Shown: one piece after another, positions 58,001-64,000 of the stretch
Layout of the letters: each line of letters begins with the position of its first letter
Position numbering within the stretch: the stretch's first letter is position 1
From: Clostridia bacterium
Lineage (GTDB): Bacteria > Bacillota > Clostridia > Christensenellales > UBA1242
DNA length: 64,000 nt
Direction of reading: 5' to 3'
NCBI GenBank assembly: GCA_045534555.1
Contig: JAZSJW010000031.1
Span: forward strand, 8,280 to 72,279
Program-made: the position numbers and the translations under genes
The notes under the pieces: model-generated
The model's database searches: none
What the model was told of the DNA's origin: nothing
The model's input: only the letters and a program-made list of their open reading frames with translations

Positions 58001-61000
58001 ACAATTAATCAAACTGGTGGAATGATTGGTGGTGAATATACATATGGAGAAACAACACACACTGGAAATACTGCTCAATTGAATGGCGGTGGTGTTTATT
58101 TGACCAGTGGGCAATATATAATTAATAAAGGTGAGGTTGTTGGAAACGAGGCTTCAACAGGTGGTGGTGTTTTTGTTAATAATAATGCAACACTGAACAT
58201 GACAGGTGGAAATGTGTCTCAAAACACCGCAGCAACCAACGGTGGAGGAATATATTTTAAGGAAACATCAAAATACAGCCTCGAAGATGTAATAATATCA
58301 GAAAATACTGCTAATGATGGTGGTGGAATTTATTCTGAAACTTCGTTAACACTAGAAAAGATTACAATTAAAGAAAACAAAGCAAATAATAATGGTGGCG
58401 GGGTTTGTGTGGCTAATGGAACTACAACATTAACCGCAGTGAAAATCATATCAAACACTGCAGAAAATTATGGTGGGGGCATTTATTCTTTTGGCTCTGT
58501 TAACATTTCATCAGGCTTTAAATATAGTGACTATGAAGATGTTTGGGAAGATATGTTTGGAGACATTATTAATAAATATCCAACGAATGCAATAGAGGAT
58601 GCGACCGAAATTTCTTGTAACATATCAACAAATGGTTCTGGTGGTGGAATTTATGCCGGTGGTAACATTACAAGTTATGGTTGCAAATTGCTTCAAAATA
58701 GTGCACCAAATGGTTCTGGTGGTGGCTTTTATTCAATTGGAAAAATAACAAGTGACTTTCAGACAATAGAAGTTACAGTATATGATACAGATAATCTTTC
58801 AAATATTGATTATGGTGAACCAAGTGAAAAAAATGTAGTTGTGATTTCTTCAAGTTTATCAAATTACAACACTTGTGGTGTTGATGGTGGTGCATTCTAT
58901 GCAAGCCAAGGATTTTATCTTTGCGGATCCATGACTGGTAACGAAGCTGGAAATAATGGAGGATCTATTTATTCTTCAGGAGATGCTGAAGTTGAAATAG
59001 GTATAGTTGATGTTGATATTGATAATTACGATATCATTGAAGAAAGCATTCTCACGCAGAACCAGGCAATTGAAGGTTCTGGTGGTGCTATTTATATGTC
59101 TAATGGCCTCTTAAAATTTAACGGAAGCGCCACTTCAAATACGGCAGCAATTAACGGTGGTGCGATTTACAGCGGGGTTGATACATCAATTTATAATCTT
59201 TACTATGACGAATATCAAATAAAAATACAAAACAATACAGCAGGAGAACTTGGTGGTGGTATATTTACTCTTGGAAATTTAACAGTTGATGATGCATATA
59301 TAAATTGCAACTATGCGGATAAAGGTGCTGGTATTGCAATTGATGGCGGAAAACTAGAGATGATTTATGGTGAGATTTCGGAAAATACCGCAACTTCTCA
59401 TGGGGGAGGTGTATATGTCACTAATGGAGAAATTTTGCACTCTTATGGGTCAATTAGTAAAAACTCTTCCGGAGCTGCCGGTGGAGGCGTGTATTTAAAT
59501 AAATCGACATTAAACATTTCTGGCGGAACGGTGAAAGAAAATACTGCAATGCGTGCAGCAGGTGTGTTTGTCTATAACAAATCAACATTAAATTTGACAC
59601 AAGGGTCAATATCGTATAATAAAGCAACTGATACTTATGCTGGTGGTGTATATTTATATAGCAACTCAACAGCTGTTATGAGTGGCGGTTCTGTGGAATA
59701 TAATACTTCAAAATCGAATGGCGGTGGTTTTTATGTTTCTGCTAACAGTTCACTTGAGCTTAGTGGTGGAAAAATTAATTCGAACACTGCAGAAAAGACA
59801 ACTTCAAATACTAGAGGTGGAGGAATTTTCCTTGCGGGGTCATTGAATATGACAGGAGGAACAATTTCAAACAACAAAGCTGCATCAGGTGGTGGCATTA
59901 ATGCTTTTGGTGGTTCAACAATTAGCATAACAAAAGGAACGATTTCAGGAAACTGTGCGTATAGGCATGGTGGAGCTATACTTTGTAGCGTAGATTTAAC
60001 TCTTGGAAATGTTGATGCTGATAATAGTGATTTGAAAATTGTTGAAAATTATTTGTCTGGTCACGTTCTTGAAGATGGAACAGAGTATGCAAGTGGAAAC
60101 GGTGCTGCTATTGCGCTTGCGAGTGAAGGTGTAATAACTATGAATTCTGGGATGATTTCTGGAAACTATATTAAATCTTCGACTACAAATATGATAGGTG
60201 CGGGAGTTTATCTTACAGATAATTCAAAGTTTGTTTTGAATGATGGTTTAATTGACGCAAATTATTTCGAGTATGACGAAAAAGGAAATCCTGTTTCAAG
60301 AATAAATAGTGAAGGGTTAGTGTATGAACATAGATACAAAGGCGGCGCGATTTGCCTGAATACAGAAACACAGTTTGTGATGAATGGAGGAATAATTCAA
60401 AATTCAGACGCTGTTTATGGTGGAGCGATTTACGTCTTTTATGATGGACTTCTTGAGTCTCAAAGTAAGATATCAGTTTCAATGACCGGTGGCACTATTA
60501 CTAACTGCCGAGCAGATTATGGCGGAGCTATTTGTGTTGAGGGTGAATTAGATGCAAGCCTTACTTCAGTTCCAGACTTTCATACTGTGGACTTAATGGG
60601 CGCAGGAACAATCTCTTATTGTTCAGCGAAATATGATGGCGGTGCAGCATTTACTAATATTGGTGATATTTGGGCTTCAAATGGCACAGATGGAGCTTTT
60701 GTATTTAATTCTTGTACAGCAGGAAGAAATGGTGGAATTATTGCAGCTGATGGAAGCGCTGCTGGATTTATGTTTATTGATTGCAGCTTTGATAACATAA
60801 GCTTAAGAAATCAAAATAACGAACTTGACAATAGTTTATATACAACAACGTATAAAGATATGATTGAAAGACATGGCTGGCAATTCACTCCATGTGGAAC
60901 ACTAATTCTTGCAGAAAATGGGGGATTAGTAAGCTCAACAAATGGTGCGTCTGGCTATTTTGGGCTAAATGATTTTGATATTGATATTGCAGTAAAACAA

Positions 61001-62065
61001 ACAGGCGTGTATGGTTATAACGTTACTGTAGAATGGTCAGATCAAGTAGAGGGTTGCAGGCACGAATACGTTGACCAATTCTATGAATTAGGACAAGAAG
61101 ATAAAAATTATCAAATTACAATTGAAGTTTATGATTCATATGGAGATTATGCGGGTGAAGAAATATATTCAGATATACCAGTTACTCCAGCAGAGGAAGA
61201 TTATTATTGTTCCTTTTACAATATTACAACCTATTATGATCCATGTGAAATAGTTACGGTTGATGAAAATAATTTATGTATTTATGATACTTATGACGGA
61301 TCGTATTTCAATGAAACTTTTTATGTACAATTTAATAGTTGGTATGCTGTAATTGACGGTGTTAGTTATGAAAAAGAAGCAATCAATGATATTGATCTTT
61401 GCGTTTCGTCTGATGGAACAACAACAATTTGTATTATAGCATATCAAGATAGCTGTCCTAATTGTGATGGTTTTGGCTGGGTTGATTGTGGAAATTGTGA
61501 CAATGGAATTGTTAGTGGTTGCGATTATTGTGACAATGGTGTGTGCATTGATTGTGGAGGTTCTGGAGAGTGTAGTGCCTGTGACGGTACAGGTGATGAT
61601 GGTGAGTGTCTTTCTTGTGATGGAGGTCAAGATTGTGTTTTTTGTGGCGGTGATGGATATTGTGATGAATGCAATGGGTCTGGAGAAAAGGACTGTGATG
61701 TTTGTGGGGGAATAGCAGAAGTAGAATGTGAATATTGCTATGGTGAAGGAAGTATTATTGAGGACTATTATGGCACTTGTGTTGTAAAATACGGCAGTGA
61801 AAATTATGTATTTAAAAGAGATGAAAATGGCTGTGTTTCTATTGAGATAAATAGTTCTTATAGTTCTGCACTATTAGAGGTTTATATTAATGGTGAAATG
61901 ATTGGAAGTGTTGACTTTGAAACCAGTATGCTTGATCATTGGCGAGTAAAGATTGGGTCAAAAACTTATTCAGGATCCGGAGAAACGGATAATATTATTA
62001 CTGAAGATATTTCAGTTGAACATAACTCTGTTCTAACATTAACAATTGAACATTTTGTTAATTAA
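55004..62065 (+). CDS. Giant membrane-tethered GGAI-repeat beta-helix surface protein, paralog B (2353 aa), with C-terminal CxxC array
   Basis: N-terminal ~150 aa clearly homologous to 8696-15433; GG(A/G)IY repeats; 10 CxxC motifs near the C-terminus. Confidence 0.85.
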   Translation: MRRKKVISLVISLVSVFVIGLSFLVGFLIKEKNQTNTLEAETTENVSVVPDDATIEDKGGVLYIEEGCSYTMFGGTIGGEETKYGGAVFVSPGATFIMKGGTIENSKATYGGAIFVANGGTCVLEDAVIDNCSAGIDGGAIYLEKTGSLTIDGVEIKNCSAAGNGGGIYTLATSGTLNIKNVTFTNLDAVDGGAVYSNGMDIIFDEIIADENGPVTIPASNISYCDALGSGGAIYSKGNISTNKTTITNCTTKTNGGAIYSNKDVSLGYSWDNVEEDLWHLEQTTIKNCSADLNGGAFYSKSIYLNCVDISDCTAEESGGAVYTERFGGVSQSVSYFYMEYGKINNCSAKYGGAAYILSSFNAGNIYIDKCSAKNGAGIFSRADEIIFDEGVLITNCSATDNGGGIFASNGLDVNSYFETIVDSCEAGVSGGGIFVSDRPDGNKIKNISIANCKAGSGGGIYVNSQTKTVIDETYIENNTAEVGGGIYNAYGSQVSITGGVIFNNSATNGGGIYNNSSKTTEISGTAKIIGNTATLGGGVYSNNYTTISISGGQIVGNEATSYGGGIYAVQATVNHSGGIVGGEYVYSQISYTGNKSTGEAGGGVYIKNGTYNLTGGSVIQNSAPRVAGIFLYSSEFSMTEGSVSLNTATDKEVGGIYVYGSSTATISGGSISNNTATYGPGIFVASSSTLKMTGGVVGYNSGYRGGGIYHSSSGECVISGNVNIIGNTVTNNGGGIYINSGTLTLGTEDEEFTGNITGNNAKIYGGGIYCYSTINHNSGSIGGEYVDGELTHVGNNATSGAGVFLNSGTYNLNGGNISNNTSKKLAGGVMCNGGSLIMSGGSISQNSANSEAGGGVYLYEKAKAKISGGEISFNYAEWNGGGIYVIDTSSLDMSGGIIIENTTSGYGGGIFNTSTTEMIISGSAKIVGNQSKTSNGGGIYHYSTARLTISGDSKIAGNESSQAGGGIYKINGELFISGGQITGNSSTKSSGGGIYASGTINQTGGMIGGEYTYGETTHTGNTAQLNGGGVYLTSGQYIINKGEVVGNEASTGGGVFVNNNATLNMTGGNVSQNTAATNGGGIYFKETSKYSLEDVIISENTANDGGGIYSETSLTLEKITIKENKANNNGGGVCVANGTTTLTAVKIISNTAENYGGGIYSFGSVNISSGFKYSDYEDVWEDMFGDIINKYPTNAIEDATEISCNISTNGSGGGIYAGGNITSYGCKLLQNSAPNGSGGGFYSIGKITSDFQTIEVTVYDTDNLSNIDYGEPSEKNVVVISSSLSNYNTCGVDGGAFYASQGFYLCGSMTGNEAGNNGGSIYSSGDAEVEIGIVDVDIDNYDIIEESILTQNQAIEGSGGAIYMSNGLLKFNGSATSNTAAINGGAIYSGVDTSIYNLYYDEYQIKIQNNTAGELGGGIFTLGNLTVDDAYINCNYADKGAGIAIDGGKLEMIYGEISENTATSHGGGVYVTNGEILHSYGSISKNSSGAAGGGVYLNKSTLNISGGTVKENTAMRAAGVFVYNKSTLNLTQGSISYNKATDTYAGGVYLYSNSTAVMSGGSVEYNTSKSNGGGFYVSANSSLELSGGKINSNTAEKTTSNTRGGGIFLAGSLNMTGGTISNNKAASGGGINAFGGSTISITKGTISGNCAYRHGGAILCSVDLTLGNVDADNSDLKIVENYLSGHVLEDGTEYASGNGAAIALASEGVITMNSGMISGNYIKSSTTNMIGAGVYLTDNSKFVLNDGLIDANYFEYDEKGNPVSRINSEGLVYEHRYKGGAICLNTETQFVMNGGIIQNSDAVYGGAIYVFYDGLLESQSKISVSMTGGTITNCRADYGGAICVEGELDASLTSVPDFHTVDLMGAGTISYCSAKYDGGAAFTNIGDIWASNGTDGAFVFNSCTAGRNGGIIAADGSAAGFMFIDCSFDNISLRNQNNELDNSLYTTTYKDMIERHGWQFTPCGTLILAENGGLVSSTNGASGYFGLNDFDIDIAVKQTGVYGYNVTVEWSDQVEGCRHEYVDQFYELGQEDKNYQITIEVYDSYGDYAGEEIYSDIPVTPAEEDYYCSFYNITTYYDPCEIVTVDENNLCIYDTYDGSYFNETFYVQFNSWYAVIDGVSYEKEAINDIDLCVSSDGTTTICIIAYQDSCPNCDGFGWVDCGNCDNGIVSGCDYCDNGVCIDCGGSGECSACDGTGDDGECLSCDGGQDCVFCGGDGYCDECNGSGEKDCDVCGGIAEVECEYCYGEGSIIEDYYGTCVVKYGSENYVFKRDENGCVSIEINSSYSSALLEVYINGEMIGSVDFETSMLDHWRVKIGSKTYSGSGETDNIITEDISVEHNSVLTLTIEHFVN

Positions 62066-62112
62066 TGTCTTAAAAAAGAAGATTGAAATTCAATCTTCTT
62101 TTTTTGTTTAAG

Positions 62113-62450
62113 AAAACCACGGAATAGTCCCGTGGCTAGAAAAGAGGTTATACCTTTGCATAAAAATACCTCCATCTGACGAGGGAGGTGGCAGTTTCAG
62201 AGAAACTGACGGAGGGAGAGAAACATATAAAAAAGCAAATTAAGTTTTATAAAATGAGAAAAAAGAAAGAAAGTATGAGAGAAAAACAGAGACAAAAAAA
62301 CAAATAACTCTCCCTCAGTCAGACTTCCGTCTGACAGCTCCCTCGTCAGATGGAGCAAAAAAAAATAAGTATTATTAAAAAGCCATTCAGGCTTTGCGTA
62401 GAACAAGGGGGGTTACCCCTAAATGAAAAACCACGGGTTTTACCCGTGGA
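62113..62450. repeat. MITE/REP-like non-coding element
   Basis: CCACGG..CCGTGG hairpins at both ends (62117-62135, 62431-62449); internal inverted REP pair with perfect 18-bp IR (62170-62187 / 62338-62355). Confidence 0.7.
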
Positions 62451-62477
62451 ATTTTATTGTGTATATAATTGTATTTT

Positions 62478-63506
62478 TTAAGCTTTAGTTCCACACTCTG
62501 GGCAGAACTTAGCTTTTGCTGGCAACTCTGCGTTGCAATTTTTACAAGTTTTTACTGTTGAGAGTTTTGCTCCGCATTCACTGCAAAACTTCGCTGTCTT
62601 TTTATTTTCTGCTCCACATTCTGTGCAGAATTTACCCTCTTTTTTAGCTGGTTTTGATGGGGTAGAAAGACTATCTCTCATCATTTGACCAAAGGCTATA
62701 CCTGTGCCTAAATCTACACCTGCAGAAACGTTACCTTCTTTTTTTGCAACATCTCTTAGAGCTTGTGCTGATTGGTATTTAACAAACTCGTCCATATTAT
62801 CGCCCATGATACGAACTGATGAGCTTTGGTCTAAAGCCTTTTCAATCTCTTCAGGGAATGTGATACTTTCAATTAGTAGTTTTGTTAAATCTAAACCAAA
62901 ACTAGCAAAATCTGCTTTAGCAACTTCAAGAGCAACCTTAGAGAATTCATTAAGGTTTGCACTTAAATCTAATGCTCCGATTTTAGATTCTGCAATTGTA
63001 TCTGAAATACATGAAACAAGGTGACTTCTTAAATAACTTTGAATATCCTCTGTTGTATATGTAGAATTAGTGCCAGAAAGTTCTTTTAAGAAAGCTTCTG
63101 GATTGGTTACTTTAAATGCATAACTACCAAAACCACGAAGACGAATAGAGCCAAATTCCTTATCTCTCATAGTGATAGGGGAGGTAGTACCCCATTTTTG
63201 ATTTGTGAATTGTTTTGTATTAATAAAGAATACATCAGCATAGAATGGAGACTTAAATCCATAAGGTAAAGCAAGAAGCTGAGTTAGAATTGGGAGGTTG
63301 CTAGTTTTTAAAGTGTGCATACCAGGACCAAAAACATCGGCAATTTTGCCTTTATTCATAAATATTGCAACTTGAGATTCTCTAACGGTTAATTTAGAGC
63401 CAAATTGAATATGCCTACCGTCCATTGGATATTTGTATAAAATTACATTTTTTGCAGGGTCTTGCCATTCAATAGCTTTTAATAAATTGTTTTTAATGAA
63501 GCCCAT
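62478..63506 (-). CDS. SPFH domain protein (YdjI-like) with double zinc ribbons
   Basis: LTVRESQVA, FGPG.HTL.T.NLP, KWGT..PI; C-terminal CTECG/CSECG/CKNC/CPECG. Confidence 0.92.
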   Translation of the reverse strand: MGFIKNNLLKAIEWQDPAKNVILYKYPMDGRHIQFGSKLTVRESQVAIFMNKGKIADVFGPGMHTLKTSNLPILTQLLALPYGFKSPFYADVFFINTKQFTNQKWGTTSPITMRDKEFGSIRLRGFGSYAFKVTNPEAFLKELSGTNSTYTTEDIQSYLRSHLVSCISDTIAESKIGALDLSANLNEFSKVALEVAKADFASFGLDLTKLLIESITFPEEIEKALDQSSSVRIMGDNMDEFVKYQSAQALRDVAKKEGNVSAGVDLGTGIAFGQMMRDSLSTPSKPAKKEGKFCTECGAENKKTAKFCSECGAKLSTVKTCKNCNAELPAKAKFCPECGTKA

Positions 63507-63659
63507 AAATTTCTCCTATAAACATAATAATTAATTTTATTATAAACGTAAAATTTTATTTTAACAAATAATTTATGCATCTTTATTAAAAATCTAGTTT
63601 AAAAATTTGTTATTTTATGCTTGATGTGATAAAATCTATAACATACAGAGGATTAAATT

Positions 63660-64000
63660 ATGGCATATACATATCAACCTTGTGATGCTTCAAAAAAAGA
63701 GAAAATGAATTTGTCTACTTGGAGCATGCAGATAACAAGTTCTATAAACAATATTATAAATTTATTTGCAACAACCTTTTTGGTTTCTTTTATTGTTCAA
63801 ACTAATGCAGATGCAGCACTTGGAAAGTCTTTAGTAGAGATTGCTTTATTCTATATGTCTTTATACTTAGTGTATGCTGTTATTTATTTTGTAATGGGAT
63901 ACTTAGTGGATAGGACTAATAGAATTTGCATTTATAGATTAGGTGTTTTAGTCAAAGCAGCATTTATAATTTTTATTATTTTTCTTGGTAGAGATTTAGC
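63660..64000 (+). CDS. MFS-like membrane transporter, N-terminal part (3' truncated by window edge)
   Basis: GAGG RBS; frame open to the window end; hydrophobic helices with G.LVDR.NR motif-A-like loop. Confidence 0.6.
   Translation, partial: MAYTYQPCDASKKEKMNLSTWSMQITSSINNIINLFATTFLVSFIVQTNADAALGKSLVEIALFYMSLYLVYAVIYFVMGYLVDRTNRICIYRLGVLVKAAFIIFIIFLGRDL

Noticed and set aside
8696..62065. Diversity-generating retroelement or invertase-driven variation of the giant proteins
   Set aside because: No reverse transcriptase, recombinase, TR/VR pair or long inverted repeats around the promoters in this window
62197..62406. 69-aa ORF (and the 74-aa ORF at 44109-44333)
   Set aside because: They run through palindromic repeats, lack an RBS and have low-complexity translations
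900..63024. Numerous 60-140 aa ORFs antisense to or nested in long genes (e.g. 7150-7578, 12292-12660, 28139-28513, 61274-61630)
   Set aside because: Shadow ORFs of well-supported genes; no RBS or recognisable motifs

Overview
A 64-kb, AT-rich, mostly housekeeping chromosomal segment from a monoderm, probably spore-forming Clostridia-class bacterium. Evidence for this: a long Bacillota-type SRP RNA, tmRNA tag ANNNLALAA, SpoIIQ/SpoVB/YuzA-like genes and a Bacillota-type LexA box. Core genes are rnr-smpB-ssrA, pyk, ttcA, dusB, pgk-tpiA, secG, pepF, gmk, DegV, dinB, nifJ (PFOR), truA-rplM-rpsI, ung, htrA, acpP and ffs. The most striking feature is a pair of paralogous giant (2245 and 2353 aa) membrane-tethered GGAI-repeat beta-helix surface proteins 46 kb apart. 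Each has a near-identical sigma-A promoter with a poly-G tract (G12, G11) between a perfect TTGACA and TATAAT. The spacers are 21 and 20 bp, which suggests a slipped-strand, promoter-level phase-variation system for a surface-antigen family. Other features: a surface-protein cluster (Ig-like proteins, a probably highly expressed GLUG-type protein, active and apparently dead SipW-type peptidases, a TasA-like candidate); a small accessory islet after rpsI with structured non-coding repeats and a GNAT-like orphan; a family of REP/MITE-like palindromes; several apparently leaderless genes; and a degenerate glycerol-1-P-dehydrogenase-like pseudoenzyme. No CRISPR array, prophage, integrase, transposase, rRNA or tRNA was seen. 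All family assignments are from motif recognition by eye, without database searches.
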